Source of the DNA: Felis catus
Taxonomy: Eukaryota
Length of the DNA: 64,000 bases
Direction of reading: 5' to 3'
NCBI RefSeq assembly: GCF_018350175.1
Contig: NC_058368.1
Location: 148,926,001-148,990,000 of the forward strand
Part shown: positions 11,916 to 24,888 of the stretch, one piece after another
How positions within the stretch are numbered: the first letter of the stretch is position 1
Layout: the number at the start of each line of letters is the position of its first letter
Translations under genes and position numbers: made by a program
Notes under the pieces: generated by a model
Told to the model about the DNA's origin: nothing
Database searches by the model: none
Seen by the model: the letters and a program-made list of their open reading frames with translations, nothing else

Positions 11916-13582
11916 TGCTTTTAAGATACTTATTATTTTCAAATTGATAGTTTCAGACTACCATAGAATAATAAATTTTTAAAAGATAGGATATTAAAAT
12001 GTGGTTTTATTAAATGCAATTAATTTGTAATAGTTATAGTTTTAGTATTTGATGATAAAAATAAATCATTAATAAAAAACAAGTATGAAATTCTTAGATG
12101 ACCACTATTCCAAGTACTTAAAGATGGATGGTACTGAGCTGCTATTAAGATTTATATATGGCTTAGGAGATCATGTATTCTTAAAGGAGAATAAATAGAC
12201 AAACCTTAACCATAATGATGGAAGATATTATTATAAAAACAAAGGCAAACATTATAATAATAAAAAAGAAAAGAAAGTCACAGCTACTGCATACCTTTAA
12301 GAAGAGACTACACGATCTTTTGGAGTAAATCTTTATTTACATTCTTTGATAATATGGTAATGCCAAGAATACATATTCATTAAAATGAACAATTTCAATG
12401 ACCAAAAAAATAGTAATAAAATTTGGATCAGTTATGGCTTTTTGATTTGAAAGGTCGACTAAGCTTATGAAAAATTATTTATGAAGCCACATATTTAATA
12501 AACAACGGTTTCTGAGGGTATTTGTAATCAGACATTACATTTGGTCTTATTCTCCTTAATCTTTAAATTAATTGAGCAAACACTACCAATAATAGCTCTA
12601 GTATCAGCTCATTAAAATTAACTAACTGCAGTTTTTGATAGGCCATTATATTTTCATGCTTTTAATTAATTTTCATGTCACTTGTTGATTTAGGAAAGTT
12701 TAGTTTACACAATCTCATCTAATCCTCTAATACATTACAAAACCATCCATATAGGTCTCTGCTTAACAACATTACAAAAACTATTAGGAAAAAATAAGAA
12801 CAAGAAAAGGTCATTTGCCTTATTAGTTCTCATCTTTGATAGCATTTTCCAAGCACAGAGTTTAAAAAACATCATTGAAATCACCTAACACCTTTGCCAT
12901 TTGGGAATTTTTTTTCAAATCACTGCCAAGCTCCACATAAAATGTACTTTAGCCTTTCTAGCATGAAATTAGAAGGGGTTTGCTTTTCATGACTCTTCCA
13001 CAATTTTGCAGTGTGACTTTTGGCCCTTTTTTGATTTATCAGTGGAATTCCTGACCTAATGAAATTTGCTTTCTTTTTTTGTATACTCTCTTCCCTGTGG
13101 CATACATACTTCAAAACGACAAGCACAGTTTTGGAACATGCCTTCACCTTTGGGCCATTATAATATAAAACAGCTAAAACCTATTTTTCAATCCACCTTG
13201 CACTTGAATCTAACAGCCTTCCTAATAGTCCCCTACCCTCATGGGTGAGCAAAGCTAAGCAGCGTGGAGGTCAGCAATGTTTCTGTGATAGATTTCATTT
13301 TACTATGGCTCTTCTGGCTTCACATGTGCTTGTTCTTTATAAGATTTCTGGAATGGGCTTAAAATTTAATATCTGGCCACGGGGAACCTCCCTAACTTTA
13401 TATCAAATCTCATTGTCTTCCTAAAACTTACTTCCTAGAGCATGTTTTCTACATTTATTATAAGTTTTGTTAAGGTCCATTATATTCCCATCAAGAAAAC
13501 ATGTTTCTGTGTTTTTATGCGAACTTATACCTATGTCAAATTATCCCTTTTTTCTTCTAAGTCTTTTTTTAATGTCTACTTA

Positions 13583-13791
13583 TTTTTAATGTTTACTTAT
13601 TTTTGAGAAACAGAGACAGACAGATCATGAGCAGAGGAGGGGCAGAGAGAAAGGGAGACACAGAATCCAAAGCAGGCTCCAGGCTCCGAGCTGTCAGCCC
13701 AGAGCCCAACGTGGGGCTCAAACCTACAAACCGTGAGAGTATGACCTGAGCCGAAGGCAGACGCTTAACTGACTGAGCCACCAAGGCGCCT
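13583..13791 (-). mobile_element. CanSINE inserted in the tail region of the adjacent SINE
   Basis: Complete antisense SINE flanked by taatgt(c/t)ta(c/t)ttattttt. Confidence 0.93.
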
Positions 13792-13792
13792 C

Positions 13793-13815
13793 TAATGTTT
13801 ATTTATTTTTGAGAA

Positions 13816-13856
<41 letters not shown>

Positions 13857-14042
13857 GAGAGAGAGAGAGCATACATGTGCGCACCAAGTCAGGGAGAGGC
13901 TGGAAGAGAGGGGAATAGAGGATCTGAAGCAGGCTCCATGCTGACTGCAGAAAGCTGGATACAGGGCTCTAACTCAAGAGCCAGGAGATCGTGACATGAA
14001 TGGAAGTTGGACGGATTACCAACTGAGGCACCCAGGCACCCC
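13793..14042 (-). mobile_element. CanSINE with expanded (GA)n
   Basis: Long GA run, ends ctgaggcacccaggcacccc. Confidence 0.93.
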
Positions 14043-15867
14043 ATGTCAAGTAGTTCCTTAAACCTGTTTGAAGGCCCTATGATTGGGCAAAGCATAACAA
14101 ACTGTTGGAAACTTAAAGACTTTTGGAATGGCTACTTTGGTGTGTAATTGCAGAACATTTTTCTTCTTTTTTTTTAAAATTTGACATTGCATTAAGTAAT
14201 ATATAATAATAATGAAACCTTAAACAATCATAAAAGGGTTTAAAATGCAAATGAGAATGTCTTGATATAGCTTTATTTTTTTTAACTCCTGAGAAGAATG
14301 CAATAATTAATTGGCAACGTCGTCATGCTCATGACCTAAACAGACAGTTCATAGTTTTAGCCTTGTAGCTTCAGGGCTATGCATCCATAGGAGGAACTCA
14401 ATAAAAGTTTGCTTATGAATTCAAATTTAAGTCGTAAGTTTCTTTAGGCCTACTGCTTAATTTTATTTAAGGTTAGAATCTCTGCTTTCCTAAATGATTT
14501 CTGAAAATATTCATCATTTTAAATGCATTTTGAGATAGAAAAAAACATTCTGTGGTTCTCAAATGTTTTTCTTAGAGGCTTTCAGCATTTCTGTAAAAGT
14601 GATATTCAATTATCATTATTAAAATTAAACCTTGGTAGTAGTATCTGATATTTTTACCTTACTTGAATTCATATATATTTCAAACATATTTTAAATTCTT
14701 TACAGAGGAACAGTGAAAATTATATGGACCAAGGAGGTATAAATAGTCAAACAAATTTTCATATCTTCTTAACAGCAAAACTAATTTTGTCAAAAATACA
14801 TTTTAAGCTTATATAAAACATGGATATATTGAACAATTAAAATTGGATTCTAGCATATCACCTTTTATACACTATCTAGAGTATAAGTGTTTTACTGCTG
14901 ACCTTCACTTAACTTATAAATTTACATGTAAATATATAACAAGAAATAATGTTTGGAATGCGATGGACTTAAACACATAGCAGGTGACTTTTTCAAAAGC
15001 TAAATGCTTAATTTAAGTTTGCATATTCTAAATTCCATGCAACGTTGGGCAGACATCTAAATCTGCTTTATATAGCAATAAAATAAAACACTGCATCATT
15101 TTACGAAAGTCAGACATCAGGTGATGACCCCATTTTAAAGGACCAATCACTTCACTAGCCATAAAATGGATAAAATTGATTATTGATGATGATTTCATTC
15201 CTCTTTGAAAATAGACTCAAGTTTATTACCATATGTTAATGTGTCAGGGTAAAGCAGGCTTCGGTAATTACACTGTGAGTATTTTATCTCTGAGTTATTA
15301 AACTTGTCTCTGCCTCCCTACACACTAATGTTAGAGGTTAATAGCAATGTTCTATTTTATCCAGTGCCTTACTTCACTTAATGCAATGATGCATGGCTTT
15401 CATTAAAGCAAGAAGCAAAAGGAATTGCAGAAAAAATTAACATGTAAATTCAGAGCAAAATAACCTTACAAAAAGAGGATACATTGGTGGTCACAATGTA
15501 TGTCAAGTTTAGCTAGGTATACAACATAGTTGTAAAATAAACTCCATTTTGAATTTTATCACATAAAGGAGAACATTAAATCACATTAAAATACTTTCAA
15601 AGTACTATTCCCAGTATTATTTTTAATACATGATATCTGTTTAAAATATCAAGTGGGTAAAACACATTCTGTTACCATCCTAATCAAGTGGGTTGCTCAA
15701 TAAAATGGTTACTGCAATGATGCTGAAATGACACATGGTATAATTGACTATGTATGTATTTCAAATCCCATTTTACATTTTCAGCCCTTATATTAACTAT
15801 ATTCTTAAATATGTCAAATAAATAAAATCAGTTGTCATCTGCTTCTGTCTGTAGGGAGGAGTTTTGC

Positions 15868-16088
15868 ATTTTATTTTTTTATTTTTTTTAAATATTTATT
15901 TTTGAGAGAGAGATAGAGAGAACACAAGCAGGGTAGGGGCAGAGAGAGAGGGAGACACAGACTCCAAAGCAAGCTCCAGGCTCTGCACTGTCAGCACAGA
16001 GCCCAACATGGGGCTTGAACTCACGAATTGGGAAATCACGACCTGAATTGAAGCCAGACACTTAACCCACTGAGTCACCCAGGTGCCT
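15868..16088 (-). mobile_element. CanSINE
   Basis: T tail, SINE body, ends gagtcacccaggtgcc. Confidence 0.95.
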
Positions 16089-16146
16089 CTTAACATTTTA
16101 TTCTTAATGTTCAACAATAGCTCAACCCAGCATGTTTAAGAAATGC

Positions 16147-16355
16147 ATTTTTTTTAATGTTTATTTATTTTTGAGAGAGAGACAATGCATGAGAGAGCAC
16201 AAGTGGGGTAGGTGCAGAGAAAGAAGGGGACAGAGGATCCAATGTGTGCTCCACGCTGTCAGCACAGAGTTTGATGTGGGTCTCCAACTCACAACTCAGA
16301 TCATGACCTGAGTTGAAGTGGGACCATTAGATGATTGGGCCACTCAGGTGCCCCC
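16147..16355 (-). mobile_element. CanSINE
   Basis: SINE body with TSD gaaatgca on both sides. Confidence 0.93.
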
Positions 16356-16599
16356 AGGAAATGCAAGTTTTGAGTAAGGAGGGATGCAATGTAATTTCTG
16401 CCTCTAAAAGCAGAATCTTCACTATTCTTGCCTTAACTCTGAGGTCTGTTTGTGTCACATCTCTGTTTACAACATTTTGATTGCATGTTACTGTCATAGT
16501 TTTCACAACTGCATTTGTTGTAAAATACTTCTTTTAAGTGAAATCTTAATATTCACAAATAAACTATGTAAAAGTAGGACATTCTGATTGAAGGTGGTT

Positions 16600-17100
16600 G
16601 TCCTCCTACCTGTGGGCATCTGCTGCTTTGTTTCCATCACTGTAGATTAGTTTTGCCTATTTTTGAACTTCATATAGAATCATACATTATGCACTCACTA
16701 CAATACTTTTGAAATTCATTTCTTTTGTTGAATCTGTCAATAATGCATTTTGTTTTATTGCTCAGTAGTATTAATGAGTACAAGAATATACCAAAGCTTA
16801 TTTTTCACAATGGACAAATTCAGTGTTTCAAGTTTTTAACTATCGTGAACAAAGCTGGTAAAAACATTCTTGAACAATTCTTTCTATGAAAGCTTGTTTT
16901 CATTCCTTTTGGGTATAAACATAGAAATGGAATTGCTGGGGCCTTTTTAAGACCCATCTGAGAAACTGACAAACTGTTTTTCAACATGGTTGCACTTTTT
17001 TACATTCCCATCAGGAAAGGATAAGAGTTTCAGTTGTTCTATCCTTGCTAAGAGTTGGTGTCGTCTTTTTAATTAAAGCCATAATGATGTGTAGTGTTTG
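16600..17100 (-). mobile_element. Ancient L1M 3' fragment
   Basis: tagattagttttgcctatttttgaacttcata; aaatggaattgctggg; aaactgacaaactgtttttcaacatggttgcac. Confidence 0.75.
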
Positions 17101-17109
17101 CCACTTTCT

Positions 17110-17655
17110 GTGGTATGAATTCTCCTATCATAGGTTATTTCATGGACCTCTATGTTTGTGAACATACAGCAGACAAAAATGTGTACAGTCTGCTCTTGTG
17201 GGCTAGCATAAGTTGGCTTTGGCACACAACTGAAATCCTATAAATAAGCACAGACTTGAATACTGAAGTGCTTTGCATGGCTTTATGTGTATTTCTCACT
17301 TGGACACAAACAATATTAAAAAGATATGGAATTAAGAGTCAGGATGTAGTAAAACTAATATTTTTATTGCTTCTTCAAGGTCATTCTTAAGTAAAACTGC
17401 CATTTTTGAACATTTTGTATGTATGAGCGTGAACGGTACTATCTACCAGTTCAGTTTGCTGCCACTGTAGTGATCCGTCCTAAAAGGACAGTAGTTTTTA
17501 CCCCTCATTACTTTTTTAGTGTCCGTGAAAATGCCAACAAAAGAAAAAAGGCAAACATCCTAGTATTATTATGAAAATAGTTTTGACCTCACAGATCTCT
17601 TGAAAAGGAATCAAAGACTCCATGTATCCAGGGACTACAGTTTGCCAACTATATC
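17110..17655. mobile_element. hAT-Charlie DNA transposon terminal fragment
   Basis: Ends tagtattattatgaaaatagttttgacctcacag...gggactacagtttgccaact, like the Charlie1-type terminus. Confidence 0.6.
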
Positions 17656-18472
17656 TCTAGTTTTATTGGACATACTGGAAATTTCATATTATCCTTGCTG
17701 TTCACTTATGTTAAGTTAGTGCATCTTTTAGTGTTTCTCTTTAGAAATGATCAAAACATTAAGAAAAGAAAAGAGAGAGAAAGATGACTGATATAAAAAT
17801 AAAGTCAATATAATTAAGATTTATACTTGACTCTTCTCTCACTTCCATAAAGTTAACAGAACACTTTGTTTTATAAGTATTGTTAGTAAAATGCTTGAAA
17901 ATAGAAACTAATGAATTCTTAATATCTGCTAAATATCTTTTAATTTTTAACATGTTTTCATTTGAGGCTTATAGTTTGCTAATGAGTTATCGCTCGTATC
18001 AATGTAAAAATGTTAAATCTGCAATATAAATGCAAAATGGAATTAATAACAAAATGTGCTTTCACTGACTTGGAAAGGCAAAAATTCTACATAGGGAAAA
18101 TGACAGACTGAAAATTAAAACTAAAACTTAAAATATTTTTATAGAGACATCAATTTCCATTTAAAATACAACCATCTTATATAATGAACAACGAATAGAG
18201 CAAATGCAAATATCAATGATTTGCAGGAATGCAAAGTCTTTAAAGGAACTTTTTCAGCTACACTTTTTATGTCATAATGTTACATTTTTATATATAAAAA
18301 TTTTCACATTAGAAAAAAAATAAAATTGCTACCTTAAGAAAAAAAAATATGACTAGATAACCTCTTCCACAATGCTAATTTATAAACAAAAGTGTAGCAA
18401 ATACTTAGAGAAAAAAGAGGACTAAAGACTCAAAATCATTAGCTGAGAAAGATCATCTTATAGTGGGCAGAA

Positions 18473-19208
18473 TGTTATGACGTTTAAAGTTTTTTGCTCT
18501 GGTCTGGTCTATACCAGATCTATTTTGAGTTGTGAAACAAGGCAGCTAATTAACAGAATATAAAACTCAGTGCTTCAGGAAGACAAACATTAAAGCTCAG
18601 CAGGATAAAACCAGAGAATCTAAAAATAATTAAATTATTCAATTAGATTTAAAATAGACTTTGACATGGTAGTGTAAATCCTCACAGTTGTTGGGGGTTT
18701 TTTTCTCCTTTTTTAATGCTGGTGCCTGACTTAGGTTTTGCTTGCCCACCCATCCACTTCAAAGATGGCTATTTGCCAGTCAGAGCCAGGCCACCTACCC
18801 CTCACTGAGGCACTTTTGTTTTACAGATCTGGTTGACTGTTTTTTTTTTTAATTTTCAAATTTGTATTGTTGTTATTATTACTATGGTTAATTTCAATAA
18901 CTGACCATTTGTGCCACTTGTGTTTCTCTTCCCTGGCTTTAAATTCCTGCTCTATGTTTTAAATTCACCAATGTAAAGTGAGCCCAGAAAACTTATGCCT
19001 CCACCCTGGACCTCTGTAAAAACATAATCCTATGCCTATGAGCTTTCCCCGCCCACCACCACTACCTCTCTGCATAGCCCCACATGAGCCAAGTGCTTTC
19101 TGAGATCTGTGAGCAATAAGCATTTTTTTTTCAAAGTGTTCTGATGGTTATTGCTGAAGGCTATCTTGGAATTATAACAAGACCACAAAGGCTGGTCTAG
19201 CCACAACA
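18473..19208 (+). mobile_element. Probable old LTR, family not identified
   Basis: tgtt...caaca ends, caagatggct motif, aataag followed by a T-rich segment. The left boundary is uncertain. Confidence 0.4.
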
Positions 19209-19414
19209 TTGGTTATTGATAGGCTAAACCAGCATCAACAGATATTTACAAGTAAGGAAATCCAAATATGACCTTTATGAAGTAAGTGACCATTTTCAAA
19301 AAATCTATCTAAACTAATGCAACTAGGGAGTATCCAATAATCTTTAATAGAATTAATGTTGAAAATTAAAACAATATGACTAAAAACACAGAGATGAGGT
19401 TATCTCTGGATGTA

Positions 19415-20885
19415 CAGTTGACCCCTGAACAATACAGGAGTTTGGTTGCCAACCACCTCCTCCCCTCCAGCAGTTGAAAATCCCTGTGTAATTTTTTACT
19501 TCCCCCAAACTTAAATACTAACAGTGTACTGTCGGCTGGAAGCCTTACTACTAACATACACACTCAATTAACACATGTTTTTGTTATATGGTATTATATA
19601 CTGTATGCTTACAATAAAGTATCTAGACAAAAGAATTATATTAGTAAATCATAAAGAAGAGAGAATGCATTTACAGTGTTGTACTGTATTTATTGATAAT
19701 CATAAATTTACATCATCTGTTTACATTAGGAACCATCTGTCAGTAACTACATCAATATTGTCTTATATGATATAAAACACTGTAGATGCTACTATACATA
19801 TAGCTAACTCTAAACATCAAAAATGAAAAGATAATATGATTGTTTTATGGTATCTTAGTACAATGGATAAAGTTGCTTCACAGTAGCCTAGTCTATACAC
19901 TAATTAATGAACATAAAATTTTTATGGCATACAGTATTATAGTAATATTCACAAGATAATACTGGAACATTGTTATATTTTCTTTAAAAACCACTTACCT
20001 GTGATGATAGACTGATACATAGTTTCTCCAATTATGAGAGAAAGGCATACAATACAGTTTGTACTTCTTTAAAAGCAAAATTATAAGACAGAAAACTAAT
20101 TAATTTTATATTAAATATCACTCTCCTTATGCCTATGGAGGGGTAGGCTACCCAATTCCATACAAGTTTTACACATGATGTTCTACACAATGACCACTCA
20201 GGCAATGATGATTATACTGAAGATGATGTTGATGGTGACAGCGGTGGTGACACAAAACGTCTCACACAATTCTTGCCATAAAGTTATTAGATTCTCACCC
20301 GAAGACCCACACGCACATACACAACAGATGAGTTTATTAACTGCATGGCATGATGATTGCTTACTGTTCGTCAAGTGGAAATTGATCATCACAAAGGTCA
20401 TTTTCATCATCTCCAGCTTGAGTGGGCTGAGGAAGATGAGAAAGGAGAGTTGGTCTTGCTGTCTCAGGGGCACAGAGACAGAAGATGTGGAGGAGTGGAA
20501 GAGGAGAGGAGATAAGAGAGGCAAGCATACTCAGTGTATTTTACAGAGATATATCATAATGTATATCTGACTTTTTCATTTCTTTATTTCTCTAAAAATG
20601 TTTGTATATGGTACTAATCCTTCTTCCACCATTCACTTTAGCTTCAGTGCCCATATCACTGAAGGGTCCATGAGGTAAAACAAGTCAAAAGCAGTCCTGA
20701 ATAACCAGAACCCTTCTACCAGGTTATCTAATGTCAGTTTGTTCTTTGGCACTGCTTCTTGTCAAACTTCTTCACCGTCTGGCACTGTTTTGGAATCACT
20801 CATCTCCATCAAGTTGTCTTTTGTTAATTCCCTATGTGGTGTCCATTAGTTCTTCAATTTCTCCAAGGTCTACATCTTGAAACCC

Positions 20886-20924
<39 letters not shown>

Positions 20925-22585
20925 CTTCCTTTTATGCCATACCTACAGTCTCTTTTATGAGTTTCTTGATTGGCTCCAACCTAAATCCTAAGAAGTCATG
21001 CATGACATTTGGGCATAGTTTACTCCAGCAGTAACTTATTGTTTTGAGACTGAGAGCTTTCATGTCTTTTTCTATAACAACAATGGCATTTTTAATAGTG
21101 TAATCCTTCCAGATTTTCATAATGTTCTCATTATTAGGGTTCTCCTCCACAGTGTTGACAATCTTCTATAGAGTACCATGTGTACCATGTATAATGAGCC
21201 ATAAAAGTCTTATGACCCTCTGATATAGAGACTGAATTACAGATGTTGTGTTTGGGGACGTATAGACCATATTGATGCCTTCATTGTTGAACTCATGGGA
21301 TTTGGGGTGGCCAGAAGAATTTCAAAATAACTTTGAAAGCAGTCTCTTAATGGAAAGGTACTTCCTGACTTCAGGGAAAATGTATTGATGAAACCAACCA
21401 GAGAAAAGGTTGTTATTATCCAGGCCTTCTTAATGTACAACCAAAAGAGTAGTAGCTTGTGTTTGTCTTAGACCTTCAATGCTCAGGGTTTAGTAGCTTT
21501 ATAGATAGGGGCAGTCCTGATCATAAACATGACTGCATTTGTACAAAACTGTACAGTTAGCCTATCCCTCCCTGCCTTAAATCCTGATGCTTGCTTCTGT
21601 TCATTACTAATAAATGTTCGTTGTGGCATTTTTTTTCCCACACTAAGTCACTTTTATTGGCTTTATAAACCTGTTCAGGCAAATATCCTTGCTCCTCGAT
21701 GATTTTCCTAAAGGCATCTGGGAACTCATCTGCTACCTCTTTACAGCAGAAATGGCTTATTTTAATATATTTTAAGCCAAACCTTTTCCTAAAATTATCA
21801 AACCATCCTTTGCTGACATTAAATTCTCCAGCCTTGGATCTTTCACCTTCGTTTTGCTTTAAGTTGTATAATGACTTTGTCTTTTCTCAAATCATATAGG
21901 AATCTGTAGATAGGCCTTTCTTGTAGCAACTCTGCACCCAAATAAAAGCTGCATTTTCAATACAAGATAAAAAGGTACTTCACATAAAGTGCAAGGATTT
22001 CATACCTGCTGGTGTAGCTGAAGCAACAACTTCACAAATGTTCTTTTCTTTTTTTACAATGGTCCTTAAGACTAGTTTCATTTATTTTGAAATGGCAGGC
22101 AACTGCAGCTACACACCTCAATCTGTGAAACATATCAAGAATTTAACTTTTTCTTGTAATGTCATGACTTTTCTCCGCTTCTTGGGAGTGCTTCCAGCAT
22201 CACTAGTGGCACTTTGTATAGGTCCCGTGGTATTATTCAAGATTTATGGTATTGCAGTAAACATGATGAAACATACACTAGAACCACAAGAGTTGTTTTT
22301 TTTTTCTGCAAATTTCAATTTACTCTAAAGATGAACTGCTCACGTGGAGATGTTTAGTATCCTGACATTTTAAGCAATAGTCGCAAAACTTCAGCTCACC
22401 GCCATAGTGACAGGAGGTGGCTACAAAATGATTACAAAAGTAGTACAGTGTTTACTAGAGCTAATTTTATGCAGTTATGACTTAATGTTGCATCTTTACA
22501 TTTGTTTACATTTCTCTCAGCTGCAAATGGTGCCTTGTAAGGTCTTTAAGTGTACGTTTTGATAAATTTTAACTTTTTATAATAT
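19415..22585 (-). mobile_element. Tigger2-family (TcMar) DNA transposon with a decayed transposase; only one TIR is visible
   Basis: TA plus cagttgacccctgaacaa TIR at 19413-19432. The minus strand gives PKKRRKVMTLQEKV near 22190 and IWKDYTIKNAIVVIEK...WSKLCPNVMHDF (ORF 20932-21150). Many stops; (CA)n at 20888-20920. Confidence 0.88.
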
Positions 22586-22689
22586 AGGGAGAAGAGAGGA
22601 AGAAGGGGGAAGGGAAGGAAGAAAAGGGAAATGAAAAGGAGAGGATGAGAAGAAGAAAGAAAAAAACCCGTATCTCAGTAGGTTGCAAA

Positions 22690-24260
22690 ACAACATTACT
22701 TTATTTTCTGTGAATTATTTATTTCTACCCTTTCTCATTATTCTTTTGTATTCTTTTTAATTTTTAGGGCTTATATTATGGACACTGCTGTTTTATCAGT
22801 TTTGAGTTTTGCAAATAAACTCATATTATTTATCATTTTGCCTTATTATGGTGTCATTTGTTATGCACAAAGTTTAATTTAGTGAAATCTACTAGTCTTT
22901 TATTTTTTTTTAAAGTAAACTCTATGCTCAACATGGAGCTGGAATGCACAACCCCAAGATGAAGAGCCACCCGTTCTGCCAACTGAGGCAGCCAGGCGCC
23001 CTAATTTTTTCCTTTTTGATGTGAGTGGATGAGAGTGTTCAAAGTGTTTTTCTTCTCTTTTCAAAAAACAACATATTTTCTTCTGACAATTCTATAGTTA
23101 TACTTCTATTTTCCAGTTTCCAATTATTAATTCACTTAGAATTAATCATTATATACGTCCTGAGGTATAAGAATCTAGATTATTCTTTATCCAAATGGAT
23201 AAATAATTATTCAACACCATTTATTAAAAAGTCCACCCTATTTGGATAACAAGATTAGATTAGCAGCATAAAATGAGTTATATAGATCTTCATCTTTTTT
23301 CTAGTTTTTGAAGAAGTTTCCATCTGTTGCTTGAAAGTTTGATAAATGCCTGTAAAAATCAGTTTATTCTTTTTAAGAATTTTTTGTTCCAACTCAATAA
23401 TTTGTGATTTTATTATGTTTTCTATTTCTTTTTTGAGTCATTTGGTAATTTATAGCATTCTACAAAAACAACTATTTCTTCTATATTTTTAGATTTTAGT
23501 AGCTTGAAGTTGTTCATGGGCTTTTTAAAAAATGTATCTTCTTCCTTTGATCAGTCCACATTCCGTTTGTTCTTACTATTGAAATTATGTCTCATTGCTC
23601 AATTTTTTATACGTTTTGGTAAATGTCTATCTTTGAAGGTTGTTAAAATCAACTACTAGTTTTGTTTAATTTATACTTTTTTTCTGATCTTGTTTTCTTT
23701 CTTCTCCTTAAGTAAAATCTATTTTGTTGTTCTTTTCCTAACTTCTTGAGTTAAAGACCTACTTTATAATTTTTTTAGGATTTTCATGTCTCTATAAATA
23801 ATTTAGGAATATATCTTTAAGTTGCTTAACATGTTTGTATGTTGTTTACTTCCTTATTATAATTCAATCTAATTTAACTGAACCATGTGAGAAATTATGG
23901 TATATTTGATATCAACTATTTGAAATTCACTTACACTGTTTATATACAATACATGATCAATTTTATTGGCATTCCCTACAATACTCAAAATAATGTATAT
24001 TTCACATCCATACACATGCACACACACACTAAACTGGTTAATTTTGTCGATATTTTTTGCATAATTAATTTTTAATGAGAGTTTTTCTTTCTATATTTCA
24101 AGGCAATATCACTTACTGTGTACAAGTGTATGATGAAAATTATATCTTCTTTCGGGGGCATTAATTTTATTAAAATGTGTCATTCTGTTTTATCTATATT
24201 AATCATTTTCTCTTAAATTATGGCTTATGTAATTTTCATATTGCTACAGTTTGCTTGGTT
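22690..24260 (-). mobile_element. Ancient, heavily decayed L1M ORF2 fragments
   Basis: T-rich degenerate antisense ORF2 motifs (ttttgcaaata; aacaccatttattaaaaagtcc; tttgataaatgcctgtaaaa). Confidence 0.55.
22898..23001 (-). mobile_element. Short, old-type CanSINE lacking the CT repeat
   Basis: tttaaagtaaactctatgctcaacatggagct...actgaggcagccaggcgccc. Confidence 0.85.
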
Positions 24261-24274
24261 ACTATTTGGTAAAA

Positions 24275-24460
24275 ATTCTGGAGTTGATATCCAAGGTCAG
24301 TCACTGATTAGCTGGATGACTGGGCAAATTATTTAAATACTCTATATACAATTTTCCTCTTCTGGATTGCAAGAATAAAAGAAAAGCTATCTCTTAAGGT
24401 TCATGAGGCTTAGGGGAAAATTCAATAGATACTAGTATTTAGAGGTTATGCCTATTTCAT
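24275..24460 (+). mobile_element. MIR relic
   Basis: Core-like cactgattagctggatgactgggcaaattatttaa...tttcctcttctg. Confidence 0.55.
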
Positions 24461-24888
24461 TGCTTTCATTGTTAATATTTCATTTGATTAATAACATCTT
24501 GTTCTATTAGTTTTCTTTGAGCTTTGTTGTGTTTTAAGCAGCATTATGCTAAAATTTTTTAAGGTATAGTGTATTATAATATTTCCAATATTGGTGAATT
24601 TAATTTGTGCCTATTTTTAGGAGTCTTTGAAGGATCCTAATAAAATAATATTCCATTTTCTATTGGAGGTATGGAAGAATTGAGAAATAAAATAATGTGA
24701 TTACATCTGGTATTGAGGACACAGTTTAGATAAGATAGCTGAATGGGTTTCCTAATATTAAGTCCCATTCATTAGGTAAAATTCCTACCTAGAAATGACG
24801 GTATTGGCCTGAAGGAGCTTAATATTAATGGCTGGGTTAACTCACAAACAAAAAAAAAGGGGGGGGGAAACCAAGGCACACATGATAA

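Noticed and set aside
14690..14745. Possible micro-exon (tacag/aggaac...ggag/gtataa)
   Set aside because: Weak pyrimidine tract and weak donor, with no supporting context.
20175..22328. ORFs suggesting a domesticated Tigger (TIGD-like) gene
   Set aside because: The transposase frame is broken by numerous stops, deletions and a (CA)n tract.
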